This document shows positions 1-8,627 of a stretch of 27,148 nucleotides of DNA, in pieces. Location of the stretch: IMG/VR virus record IMGVR_UViG_3300043754_000005, positions 1 to 27,148 of that record. One strand, written 5' to 3'. Made by a program: the position numbers and the translations under genes. Origin of the DNA: a virus (Duplodnaviria > Caudoviricetes). The notes beneath the pieces are model-generated. The model was not told where the DNA came from and searched no databases. It saw only the letters and a list, made by a program, of their open reading frames with translations. Positions within the stretch are counted from its first letter, which is position 1, and the number at the start of each line of letters is the position of its first letter.

Positions 1-309
1 TCTGCCATACGTCGAGCCAAGACCGTCCATAAGGATTTGCGGCTGACCTTGAGCGGCGAGTTGGCGGACCTGCTCCATTGCGTTCGCTGAGCCCTTCCAC
101 TCCGGATAAATCACGCCCGGTAGCGTGATTTTGTCTTCCCCCATACCTACAAATTGACGTGCAGGAGCCTGACCAAAACGGTCCTGCGTTGGCCATTTGT
201 ACTCTGTAGTGCGCGAAATCTTCTGCATGACAGCCACGTTCAGCGTGAACTTAAACGAACCAATCATGAACATCGGCACGTAACCTGAAATAAACGAACC
301 GATGCTCAT
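1..309 (-). CDS. P2 GpU-like tail protein (3'-truncated by window edge)
   Basis: Not in ORF track. ATG at 309-307 overlaps the tape-measure stop (TAATG). Manual translation MSIGSFISGYVPMFMIGSFKFTLNVAVMQKISRTTEYKWPTQDRFGQAPARQFVGMGEDKITLPGVIYPEW...ILMDGLGSTYGR is open to the edge and has the GpU pattern (QFVGxGxDxITLxG, LMDGxG); position after the tape measure fits. Confidence 0.88.
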   Translation of the reverse strand, partial: MSIGSFISGYVPMFMIGSFKFTLNVAVMQKISRTTEYKWPTQDRFGQAPARQFVGMGEDKITLPGVIYPEWKGSANAMEQVRQLAAQGQPQILMDGLGSTYGR

Positions 310-2396
310 TATTGGGTTGCTCCGTCAAACATAATCGAACGGCTCTTCTTCGCGTTCTGTTGGTTCACTTGCTTGATTACCTCGGCTGCAATTTCTTGCG
401 TGCTTTGATTCGGATGCGCATAAACATTGACACTATCAATGCTGATGGGCGGCACGGTCGGCTGAGCGGCCTTCGATGCTGGAACAGCTGGGGGCGTTTT
501 ACTTCCGACCGGCGGAGTCTTGCCAGCGAATCCGTCTGCAATTTCATCGTTCGAGTGCCCCAGCAGGTGCTTTCCGTAGGCCTTAATGAATGGCCATGCT
601 GGAGCATCGGCTGACGCTGCCAGCCATTTCCCGTTACGCATGTCGGCTTCAGCTTTCGTCTTGTCCGTATCTGGCAGACCAGCGGCTTTTGCAACGGTAA
701 GCGCGGTGCCAACCAGCATTCCAGCCAGGCCTAACTTACCGATGAATCCCATCACTCCACCCGATGCAGCAGCAGCAGCACCTTCAACTCCGCTCAGCTC
801 ACGCGTAACCGCCGAAACTTCAGACGCAGCTCTCGCCAGCTTTACTGCTGCAATCGTGGACATGATTCCCGCTGCGACACCTAGGACGGGGACGGCGATA
901 AGTAGGGCACCCCCGAACGCAGTAACGCCTATCGCAATATCTTTAAACAGAGTCGGATGTGCTTCCGCAAACTTAGTGACCCCTTCCAGCGCAGATGTGA
1001 TTTTGCTCATCGCTTTCACAAACAATGGAGCAGCAGCCTCGCCAAAATTAAGCATCGAATCGTGGTAAGCGCGCATCATTTCAAGGCGCTTACCTTCTGG
1101 CGTTTTCTTGAAATCCTCCGTTGACGTATCCAAGTCATGCGCGCGCTTGTTCCCCTTAATTGCCTCTTTGCCATTGCCTTGGTACAGCAGCATGTACATA
1201 TTTTGCAGTATTTCCGTGTCTTTTTTCGACCCGCCAAGTTTAGCGATTGCATCAAGAGATTCGTTTGCGTTGTTTATGTCGATTTTTTTCGCCTTGAGGC
1301 CGGACACAATAGTGTCCTCGAACCAATCTAACAGTTTGCCTTCCTTCAGTTCTTCATTTCCCTTCAAAAACTTGGGGTCGTACGCATACTCACCGTTCTT
1401 GCCAGCCGAAAGAGAAACGTTCTGCGGGACAAGCCCAAACGCTTTGCGCTGCTCGATAGCCTTTTTCGTAGTGCGTCCGTAGTAGAAACTTGACATGAAA
1501 CCGGAAAGCTGCGTGCCGGTCTTGTCGCCACCATACTCCTGAACGAGCGGCTCCATCTGCGCAAATCCATTTTCAGGATTGCGAAGAACAAATTTTGCTG
1601 CCGAACCACCAGTAGACAGGAAGTGGTTCCACTCATCGGCCTGCACCTTCCCTTGTGTGGCGGCCACGATTTTCCAGATAGCATTTCCGTACTTGCCGAA
1701 AGAAGCGGTATCTTTAGTCCCCCCGAGCTTTTCAATAATCTTTAGCATGCCCATGAACGAGGATTCCATTTCATCGCCGTGCTCGTACATATGGCTAGCG
1801 AATTTCATCTTCGTCAGCATAGGCATAACCAGCGATGCGTGGTCCTTGTCCTTCAGCACCGTCATCGCATCAGTAATAAGGTCTAGCTTTTCGTTCTGGT
1901 CTACGCCGTAGGCCTTCAAGCCTTTAGCGACTTTGATGGTCTCATCGGTAGTTTTCTCATCAAAACCAAGACCTTTGAGACGCGCTACGCCAGTCGCGTA
2001 ATCGCTTGCACGCTTGAACGTGGCGGTGGCACCTACTGCGATTGTGCCACCGGCGGCTGCAGAATACCCCGCTGCGCTATGCAGATAGCCATTTACTTTA
2101 CCAACTTTGTCCTTGAATTTCTGGGAAGCAACCAGACGGTCCTGAGCCTTCTTCGCCTTTTCAATCTGCGCAGTTACTTTGGCATACTCACTTCGCCATT
2201 TCTCAAGCGTAGTTGTTCCTTGACGGGCACCCTTCATGATGTCCGTAGATAGTTCGCGTTGTTGCTTTTTCAGCTTATCAACGGTCTTGCCAATTTCGGC
2301 GAACTTACCCTTCACATCCCCGAAAGCACCCTTGAGGCTTTCGGCAACAGTTCCGCCGATTGAAATTACCGCCGAGAGTTTTTTATTCGTTGACAT
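309..2396 (-). CDS. Tail tape measure protein
   Basis: 695 aa, helical, Ala/Gly/Lys-rich, with hydrophobic segments in the C-terminal third; lies between tail chaperone and GpU-like gene. Confidence 0.9.
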   Translation of the reverse strand: MSTNKKLSAVISIGGTVAESLKGAFGDVKGKFAEIGKTVDKLKKQQRELSTDIMKGARQGTTTLEKWRSEYAKVTAQIEKAKKAQDRLVASQKFKDKVGKVNGYLHSAAGYSAAAGGTIAVGATATFKRASDYATGVARLKGLGFDEKTTDETIKVAKGLKAYGVDQNEKLDLITDAMTVLKDKDHASLVMPMLTKMKFASHMYEHGDEMESSFMGMLKIIEKLGGTKDTASFGKYGNAIWKIVAATQGKVQADEWNHFLSTGGSAAKFVLRNPENGFAQMEPLVQEYGGDKTGTQLSGFMSSFYYGRTTKKAIEQRKAFGLVPQNVSLSAGKNGEYAYDPKFLKGNEELKEGKLLDWFEDTIVSGLKAKKIDINNANESLDAIAKLGGSKKDTEILQNMYMLLYQGNGKEAIKGNKRAHDLDTSTEDFKKTPEGKRLEMMRAYHDSMLNFGEAAAPLFVKAMSKITSALEGVTKFAEAHPTLFKDIAIGVTAFGGALLIAVPVLGVAAGIMSTIAAVKLARAASEVSAVTRELSGVEGAAAAASGGVMGFIGKLGLAGMLVGTALTVAKAAGLPDTDKTKAEADMRNGKWLAASADAPAWPFIKAYGKHLLGHSNDEIADGFAGKTPPVGSKTPPAVPASKAAQPTVPPISIDSVNVYAHPNQSTQEIAAEVIKQVNQQNAKKSRSIMFDGATQ

Positions 2397-2404
2397 GGGT
2401 AAGT

Positions 2405-2548
2405 TTATTTAGGCTCGCCGGGGATACCCTCCAGCCAGAACATGAATCGGGACTCTCGCATGCCGAGTATCTCGTTCTGAGACCAGCCCGTATGGCTGGC
2501 CACGCTCAGAACGCTGTCGCGTATATACTCGGCACTTAGTCGAAAAAA
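2405..2548 (-). CDS. GpE'-like extension of the tail assembly chaperone, reached by -1 frameshift
   Basis: Slippery heptamer T TTT TTC (2548-2542) in the last codons of the chaperone. The -1 frame reads RLSAEYIRDSVLSVASHTGWSQNEILGMRESRFMFWLEGIPGEPK-stop (TAA 2407-2405) and ends just before the tape-measure ATG; GWSxxEIxxM..RFxxW resembles GpE'-type extensions. Confidence 0.85.
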   Translation of the reverse strand, partial: FFRLSAEYIRDSVLSVASHTGWSQNEILGMRESRFMFWLEGIPGEPK

Positions 2549-2847
2549 CATACTGAATATGCCGACTGAAGTCGACGATAGTCCTGCATCGGCAGACGCT
2601 GTAGGTCAGCCGGTGCAATGGAGCATAGGTTGGAGAACATTACGGTCTCCTTTGTAAACTCTGTACCACGTGATTCGACGGCTACCATATGGTCAGATAC
2701 GAGCGGCTCTCGCATCACGAGATAGCCGATTTTAGCGCCGTTAATTTCGTGCGGTTTCGTCAACGTAACCGTGACTTCGTTATTAGGGCCGACCTTGAAC
2801 CAATCCGGCTTTTCGTTGGTTTCGTTTGTTTCGTTTGTTTCACTCAT
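2536..2847 (-). CDS. Tail assembly chaperone (P2 GpE / Mu gp41-like)
   Basis: 103 aa with VTLxKP..I.G....LxMREPxVxD and LxMxDYxRLQ patterns; between tube and tape measure; ends in a slippery sequence. Confidence 0.9.
   Translation of the reverse strand: MSETNETNETNEKPDWFKVGPNNEVTVTLTKPHEINGAKIGYLVMREPLVSDHMVAVESRGTEFTKETVMFSNLCSIAPADLQRLPMQDYRRLQSAYSVCFFD
2812..2843 (-). repeat. Short 9-bp tandem repeat encoding ETN x3
   Basis: GAAACAAAC GAAACAAAC GAAACCAAC at the start of the chaperone gene (MSETNETNETNEK). Confidence 0.7.
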
Positions 2848-2883
2848 TTAATGCCACCTGTGTTGTAAATCTAGTTATATGAA

Positions 2884-2905
2884 GCGGGCGACTTCCATCG
2901 CCCGC
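2884..2905 (-). terminator. Stem-loop after tail tube gene (weak terminator or mRNA-stabilising hairpin)
   Basis: GCGGGCGA-N6-TCGCCCGC perfect 8-bp stem starting ~10 nt after the tube stop; only TTCATAT follows on the minus strand, so no good U-tract. Confidence 0.55.
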
Positions 2906-2914
2906 GTACTTCTC

Positions 2915-3421
2915 TTACAGACCTAGCGCAGTACGCATATCTGTCAGACTATCGGTGCCGTTGACGGACATAATCATATTTTCAATGTCGAGTTCCGTCG
3001 TTACATTGCCGTTATGCGTCAGCTTGTAGTAATTCAATTCCATTTGGACCTTGAGATACGGAACCGTGCCCGGCTTCCAGTCACCGTTATCCAACTCGGT
3101 AACTTTGCCACGCATGGTCATCTGGACCGGCGTGATGGTGCCGTCGAACGACTCCAAAGCTCCACGAACGGTCAGGGATGTGCTCGAGCCTTCAGCAACG
3201 CCGAACAGCGCCAATACATCCGCGTCGAAAGAAATGAGCGAGAATGAGGCCGTCAGGCGTTCCATCCCGACGGTCACGGCGATGGGAGCCATCATCCCGC
3301 CGCCCTGAAATTCTTCGTTCTTCTGAGTCAACTTAGGCGGTGTAAAATCCTGGACTTGGCCCGCCATTCCCTTGCCATCGACCCAGAGCACTAGGTTTTT
3401 TAATACGTCACGTGCGGCCAT
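2915..3421 (-). CDS. Major tail tube protein (P2 FII-like)
   Basis: 168 aa; LKNxxLxVDG, PPKLTxKxEE(F/Y)xGGGM, GxWKPG, YYKLT, ExDxxNM, NGxDxL motifs; follows sheath. Confidence 0.95.
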   Translation of the reverse strand: MAARDVLKNLVLWVDGKGMAGQVQDFTPPKLTQKNEEFQGGGMMAPIAVTVGMERLTASFSLISFDADVLALFGVAEGSSTSLTVRGALESFDGTITPVQMTMRGKVTELDNGDWKPGTVPYLKVQMELNYYKLTHNGNVTTELDIENMIMSVNGTDSLTDMRTALGL

Positions 3422-3441
3422 TTTGGCTGCTCTCCCTTTGA

Positions 3442-4902
3442 TTAGTTAGGTGCAGTCAGGCCGTCAAACACTGACTGGATGTAATCGTCAACGATGTACG
3501 AAGTGAACGTGATGTGCTCGGCTGGATAAACAGGCGTCCATTTAAAATTGAAATAAATGTGGCCGTTATCAATGTTCGAATTGGAGTTCAAATCCGGGTC
3601 TGCCCAACACGTTCCACCGAGTATAGCGCCTTGTTTTACGTAGTTACGCAAGTCGGCGTTCACATATTCAATGACTTCGGTCACGTAATTCTTCGTGATG
3701 CCTTTATCAACCGCCCACAGAATTGCGGCTTGCAAACTGTCATTGATAATGTCGTTCGTACGCGTAACGCACAAGAACTTTCCGGACGTTGAGCGGTTAC
3801 CCCAGAGTCGGAATCCGCTCTGACGGATAATCGTCGCCACGTTCTGGCTGTTCAGCAAGTTTGCATCCGAGCTGGCATCGCCCATCTGGAATGCAATTGC
3901 GCGCGTCGTAGCTTGGACGCCAGTCAGCTGTTGATTCGACGGCGAAGCCCACCAACCATTTGCATTGTCGTTCTGCACAATCAGGCCTGCGACATATGCG
4001 CTGCCGTACGACGTAATCAAAGCGCCGCTGCCGTTGGTCTTAACGCACTGCGGGTCAACCAAGTAGACGCGGTCGTTAGCCGTGTCGCCAACCGTCGCGA
4101 TAGCGTCGTTGTTGTTGGTGTTCGGGCCATCCTGGATGATAACGGCGCGAATCCGATTCGCAACCGCCAGAAGGTCTTGCACCACCGCATTTCCAGCGCT
4201 TCCGATGGTTGCCGAGAACGTGGCAGCTTGCGTCGGAGTACCGGCGGATGCAGGCATCGCAAACGACGGCGCAACCGTGTAGGCGCGTCCAGAATTCGAA
4301 ATCGCAACGCTAGTGACTTCGCCATTAAGCACCGTAGCAGTAGCGGTAACTCCGCCACCAGTGATGTCACCGTTGCCGTTCGTTGCAACGAGCGTGTAGT
4401 CGCCATCGGTGTAGCCTGCGCCTTCTGCGCTGACATTCACTGCGATAACTCCACCAGCAACACGCTGATGCGTGAATCCCGGGGAAATCAGGATTCGAGG
4501 CGTGAAGCCAGTAATGGACTGAGCCGACAGGAATCCTTGGAGGCCGAGATATTGGCCAGTGTTCGCATCGACACCCCCCAACACATTTGCAAGGGTTTCG
4601 TCGTCAGTCGTGCCTTCGTCGACACGGATAACGACACACACTGCGCCAGCTTGTTTAAAAATCGAATCGAGAGCATCAGGTAACGTACCTGCGCCACTGG
4701 TCAGGTCGGTGACGGTCGTATCGAGGCTCGCTGCTGTCCGACGGGACGCAACGATAACCGGAGTGTTCAGCGGAAACACCGCTGGGTCCGCATTTTTCGC
4801 GTGGCCAACGATTCCGATGATAGAAGTGGCGACAGTCTGAACCGGGTTAGCTACAGTGCCCCCGTTAACAACTTCTGCGCCATGCAAAAATGTATCGCTC
4901 AT
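3442..4902 (-). CDS. Contractile tail sheath protein (P2 FI-like) with an inserted beta-rich domain
   Basis: FLHG N-terminus, IIGIVG, FPLNTPV, GTLPxALDxI, PRILIxPGF, GWWxSPSN, GFRLWGNR, PxYPAExITF. Confidence 0.95.
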   Translation of the reverse strand: MSDTFLHGAEVVNGGTVANPVQTVATSIIGIVGHAKNADPAVFPLNTPVIVASRRTAASLDTTVTDLTSGAGTLPDALDSIFKQAGAVCVVIRVDEGTTDDETLANVLGGVDANTGQYLGLQGFLSAQSITGFTPRILISPGFTHQRVAGGVIAVNVSAEGAGYTDGDYTLVATNGNGDITGGGVTATATVLNGEVTSVAISNSGRAYTVAPSFAMPASAGTPTQAATFSATIGSAGNAVVQDLLAVANRIRAVIIQDGPNTNNNDAIATVGDTANDRVYLVDPQCVKTNGSGALITSYGSAYVAGLIVQNDNANGWWASPSNQQLTGVQATTRAIAFQMGDASSDANLLNSQNVATIIRQSGFRLWGNRSTSGKFLCVTRTNDIINDSLQAAILWAVDKGITKNYVTEVIEYVNADLRNYVKQGAILGGTCWADPDLNSNSNIDNGHIYFNFKWTPVYPAEHITFTSYIVDDYIQSVFDGLTAPN

Positions 4903-4945
4903 GTGGGTGAAATTCCTTTAAAGGCGAGCTCAATTGATAATAGAA

Positions 4946-4988
4946 ATTCTAGCCATCGCGGCATCAAATTTCCTTGTGTGGTTTTTCC
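4946..4988 (-). promoter_or_regulatory. Putative late promoter, copy 1 (upstream of sheath/tube operon)
   Basis: Minus strand GGAAAAACCACACAAGGAAA (4988-4969), 17 nt, TAGAAT (4951-4946). Confidence 0.8.
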
Positions 4989-4990
4989 GG

Positions 4991-5018
4991 AAAAAGAGCC
5001 ACCCCGCGAGGGGCGGCT
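4991..5018 (-). terminator. Rho-independent terminator of baseplate/fibre operon
   Basis: Minus strand AGCCGCCCC-TCGC-GGGGTGGCT-CTTTTT; the stem has a G-U pair that only forms on the minus-strand transcript; directly abuts promoter copy 1. Confidence 0.8.
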
Positions 5019-5033
5019 AACAGGGGCACAACG

Positions 5034-5333
5034 TCAAACATTTCCTTGATTTAGTACGGCAGCGACATCCGGATTTGCAGCAAGAAATGCCCTAAGCTTC
5101 GATACAGGGTCGTCGTCTGCGGCGCTTGTTGATGGTGTAGGCTTGGTGACCAAATCCCACTGTGCGCCGTTCCAGCGCGGCCATTTGTCGTTCGGCCACT
5201 CCGTTGGCGGAGATTTCTCTACTGCGTAACGCGGTAGGTGATACACGCCCGGCTCGAGAGGGCTCTCATCAGCATCAGTTTCGCCGATGAGCATCCCCGC
5301 CCGGTCTGTTTGATAAACAATTTTAGAAGTCAT
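5034..5333 (-). CDS. Tail fibre assembly/chaperone-like protein
   Basis: KIVYQTDxxGxxxGETxADESPLEPGVYxxP...PP...WxGxxW pattern typical of genes following phage fibres. Start moved to ATG 5333 (MTSKIVYQ), just after the fibre stop. Confidence 0.8.
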   Translation of the reverse strand: MTSKIVYQTDRAGMLIGETDADESPLEPGVYHLPRYAVEKSPPTEWPNDKWPRWNGAQWDLVTKPTPSTSAADDDPVSKLRAFLAANPDVAAVLNQGNV

Positions 5334-5335
5334 TT

Positions 5336-6715
5336 TTAGTATTTGATACAAGCGAGCATTGCCAAGTTTTTCGGACGCGATTCACTACCACCGCTGTTTT
5401 GAATCGTGATGTTGATTTTCTCGGTCGACGTCAGTGCTGTAGTTACACCGGTCCACGCATCAGTGCCACCAGCTGCCATCGGTGCATCCCCATTGATACG
5501 GGTGTACTGGTGCTGGTGTCCCGGGTCGGAGTAGTTGTGCGCGTGAGCAAGGTTTGCGCTATCCTGCCAGCTACCAAGCGTACGGCCCGGGTCAACACCA
5601 CGAGAATCATCGAAGCCGCGAACAAACTCTCCGCGCATATCTGGTAAGTTGAACGTCGTAAGGCCATCGCCATTTCCGTAAAGCGTGCCAATCACTGCAA
5701 AAAGTGCGCTGTATGCTGTACGACTCACCGCCGCGCCATTGCAACGCATCCAGCCGTTTGGAGCGATTAAGCCGCCACCTGCACCAGCGAAAAACGCAAC
5801 GAGTCCGGGAGGCGCGTGAGTGTCGGTGTTCGTCTTCGCATCTACGCCAAGATTCGTCCGTGCCGTCGATGCGCTGGTAACGTCAGCCAGGTTGTTGTGC
5901 GCGAGCAGCGGGTCGGGGACGAATGCCGCCGGTTCGTTCTGGACGAAATGAATCACCGTGCCAGCCGCGTATGCCACTGCTAACGTCAACTGCGTGTCAT
6001 TGGTAGGAATCGGCGTCCAGTCCGTCGGCAAAAGCCGGAGACCGTTGATATAAACAGCGAGGCCGACGGTGTTGCATTTCGTCAGTGTGACGGCCGTCTG
6101 CCCTGCTGCTAGCGTCTGAACCTCGTCATAAGTACTCACTGAGACGTTCGCGACTGTCGGGCTTTGCCAAACAACATCGCCGTCGCTGTTCGACTTCTTG
6201 GCCAGAATCTGGCCGGTTGTGCCACCCGGCAAGAGATACGGCAACGTGATGGTGTTGTTAATCCACGATTGCGTAGCTACCGCAACGTTCGGGTCAACCT
6301 GCAAAGTCACCACGCTTGCGTTCGTGACCAGAAACTGCATGCGGATGGTCGTGTCGCCGTAGCTGCCTTCGCTGCCATCGCCTTCAGGCTTGTAGACCGC
6401 AGGTGTATTTGCAACAGCAAACAAGTTTCCGTTCGCGTCCCACGCGCCAACCTCTTGAATCGTAAATCCGCCAACAGATGCCGGGATTACCATCTCAATG
6501 ATGAATTGGAGTGCGTTCGTCGGGTCTTGGTAAACGCGATTAGGAGCCGTACGATAAACCTCGCGCACGAGCTGAGTCTGCGCCTGGTTTGGCGTAGTTG
6601 GATTGCCACCACCGTCGCCGACAGACACAGCCACGATGTTAATCGGCGTTCCTGCTACATCAGCCTGCGCCATCTCGCGCAGGCCGACGTTCGTGAGAAT
6701 AGTTTTAAAAGTCAT
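5336..6715 (-). CDS. Tail fibre protein (P2 gpH-like N-terminus, tail-collar domain)
   Basis: N-terminal ILTxxG...VGDGGG...LVREVYR...IPAxVGGFxIxEVG; NNLADV..ARxNLG; collar motif PxGWxxCNGxAVSRTxYxxLFAVIGTxYGxGDGxTTFNLPDxRGEFxRG; HxH pairs and C-terminal ExRPxNxA...IKY. Confidence 0.92.
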   Translation of the reverse strand: MTFKTILTNVGLREMAQADVAGTPINIVAVSVGDGGGNPTTPNQAQTQLVREVYRTAPNRVYQDPTNALQFIIEMVIPASVGGFTIQEVGAWDANGNLFAVANTPAVYKPEGDGSEGSYGDTTIRMQFLVTNASVVTLQVDPNVAVATQSWINNTITLPYLLPGGTTGQILAKKSNSDGDVVWQSPTVANVSVSTYDEVQTLAAGQTAVTLTKCNTVGLAVYINGLRLLPTDWTPIPTNDTQLTLAVAYAAGTVIHFVQNEPAAFVPDPLLAHNNLADVTSASTARTNLGVDAKTNTDTHAPPGLVAFFAGAGGGLIAPNGWMRCNGAAVSRTAYSALFAVIGTLYGNGDGLTTFNLPDMRGEFVRGFDDSRGVDPGRTLGSWQDSANLAHAHNYSDPGHQHQYTRINGDAPMAAGGTDAWTGVTTALTSTEKINITIQNSGGSESRPKNLAMLACIKY

Positions 6716-6716
6716 G

Positions 6717-8627
6717 TTAGGCGACGGTTAAAGTTTCTGTTTTCCAATGGTTCCGCACTACTCGGCTACCCAGCGCTGACGAAGTTGGGAGCGCCGTAGC
6801 AATCGTGATTGCTGTTCCAGATACACCTGTAACAGTCGTCCAGAACGTCGAGCGGTCGTCTTGATTAATCCCTACAACGTCGCCAGCTGCGAACCCAGTT
6901 GCGCTTGCCACATTGATAACTGTGTCTCCTGCGTTGTTAGCGGCTGCCAGCGTAGTCTCGGACGAACTTGTGCAGTGATAGCGCGCCGTGAAGTCAGTTT
7001 TCACGCAAGTGAAACCCAGTGGCGCATAGCCCTGCGTCGGCATCGCAGTTACCGCATACGTGCGACTACGCGGAGACTTACTTGGAGCATTGTCTGCGCG
7101 GTTCGACGTAGCGTGCAGCGTGAAAAGCGTCACATACAAACGTCTAGCTAGCGCCGACGGAAGCTGACCGTTAGATGCATCGATGGCAACCTTAACGAAC
7201 GCGACCCCAGCTGTAAGCGCTGCTTGCGTAATGCGCATCCACTGTCCAGTCGCTACGCCAGCAGTAGACATCATCGAATTTCCGGAAACGTAAACCGTGG
7301 TATAGGCGGTGACCCATCCGGCTACTGGAGTAAGGGGCTGGTAGTTCGCATCGTAAAAATAGATTGCCGCGCGATACAGCGGAGCATCACCAGCATTAGC
7401 GCCTTCAAAGTTGAACGAGTAGTAGTCGTCTCGCTGAGCAGCCAGATAGTCCGACATACAAATCGGCTGGTTCCCCTTCAACCCAGAAACACATTGCAGC
7501 GTCGTGCTACGGTTTGATTCCGGCAAAATCGATGCGTCTGTGTTGTTCAGAACGATGTCGCTCGTGTCTGCTTCAGCTACGACAACTGCTTCCCGAAGCG
7601 TCTGCTGCTCGTTAAGCACAGCATTCCCCGGCCCACCGTTGTTAGTGATGGTTCCGCTGATTAGCGGTGAGTTCGGACCACCCGAGTACTCGCTTGCCGA
7701 GAACGTTTTGATAATCGTGTTTCGGTCAGCATTCGGACCAAAAGTAATCGTGGTAGGGCCTACCTCGAAACGAGTTCCCCACATCTTGTTATCGTTCGCA
7801 TAGTCCATCGAAATCGACGATGCATTCTCAAACGTCCCGCCATGGAACCGGTTATGGTCGAACCAATACGTAGCGGTTCCAGTGATGTTAAGCTGGAGGC
7901 AGCGGTTGAGGTGGAAGGTATTTTCGTTAATCCACCCTGGGTTCGGACCGGCGGTAAGGTCGAGCCGCGCCGCGTACAGAATGTTGAACGTCGAATATGC
8001 AGATGAACCGTCTACAGTGTTCGTCATGTCGGCCCACACTTGCATGTAATCGACGTAACGAACAGTGATTCTCTGGTCCTTCGCACCAATCACCTGTAGC
8101 GACGGATTAGCCTGCGAAAGGCCTGTATTGCGAAATACCGAACCGATGTTTTGGTCAGGGTTCAGATAGCTCGTTGCAGTTCCGCCGAGAATCACGCCAA
8201 TGTTTGGCGTATTGACGTAGATTGTTGAGCTGGCTCCATCGACTGCTAGGTTTCTGAAATTCACCGTGTTGGTGATGAGAAAGTATTTCTTCGGAACTGG
8301 AAGAACAATACGTGCATTTGCCGCCGTCGCCGCCGCGATAGCGTTCAAAATTGCATTCGTGTCATCCGCCACGCCGTCGCCTACCGCGCCGAAATCTCGG
8401 ATGTCGATGATGTCTGCTAGCTTGGATTGAAGGGTTCGCGCTACAGCACCGGATTCAGTTTGCGAAAATGTGCTGAGCCCCGCAGCAGTGCTCTTTAAGC
8501 TCTCCGTACGATTCAGCAATGCTTGAGCCTGCGCGTTCATCGGCGCGCCAGGCCCCCCCAGCGCTATAGTTACGCGCTCAAGTTCGGGAACATCGTCCCA
8601 ACCAGGAGTTGCGGTTAAATTTGTCAT
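6717..8627 (-). CDS. Tailspike / putative polysaccharide depolymerase (beta-helix)
   Basis: ARTLQxKL..IDIRDFGAVGDGVADDTxAIxxAI, the usual cap of pectate-lyase-like beta-helix tailspikes, followed by Asn/Gly/Thr-rich beta sequence; N-terminal anchor NLT...W...LE......GG.....NAQAQALxNRT. Confidence 0.8.
   Translation of the reverse strand: MTNLTATPGWDDVPELERVTIALGGPGAPMNAQAQALLNRTESLKSTAAGLSTFSQTESGAVARTLQSKLADIIDIRDFGAVGDGVADDTNAILNAIAAATAANARIVLPVPKKYFLITNTVNFRNLAVDGASSTIYVNTPNIGVILGGTATSYLNPDQNIGSVFRNTGLSQANPSLQVIGAKDQRITVRYVDYMQVWADMTNTVDGSSAYSTFNILYAARLDLTAGPNPGWINENTFHLNRCLQLNITGTATYWFDHNRFHGGTFENASSISMDYANDNKMWGTRFEVGPTTITFGPNADRNTIIKTFSASEYSGGPNSPLISGTITNNGGPGNAVLNEQQTLREAVVVAEADTSDIVLNNTDASILPESNRSTTLQCVSGLKGNQPICMSDYLAAQRDDYYSFNFEGANAGDAPLYRAAIYFYDANYQPLTPVAGWVTAYTTVYVSGNSMMSTAGVATGQWMRITQAALTAGVAFVKVAIDASNGQLPSALARRLYVTLFTLHATSNRADNAPSKSPRSRTYAVTAMPTQGYAPLGFTCVKTDFTARYHCTSSSETTLAAANNAGDTVINVASATGFAAGDVVGINQDDRSTFWTTVTGVSGTAITIATALPTSSALGSRVVRNHWKTETLTVA

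Noticed and set aside
1648-1660. Partial late-promoter box (CCTTGTGTGG) in the tape measure gene
   Set aside because: Lacks the TTTTCC half, and the hexamer 17 nt downstream is GGAACC, not -10-like; probably chance.
2409-2618. 69-aa minus-strand ORF as the chaperone extension
   Set aside because: It is the +1 frame relative to the chaperone and has no recognisable pattern; the -1 frame ending at 2405 fits the slippery site and the GpE' motif.
3913-4683. 256-aa plus-strand ORF
   Set aside because: Antisense shadow of the sheath gene; Arg/Ser-rich, with no motif or plus-strand expression signals seen.
5336-8627. DGR or invertase-type tail-fibre variation system
   Set aside because: No reverse transcriptase, recombinase, duplicated TR/VR segment or inverted fibre cassette is visible in the window.
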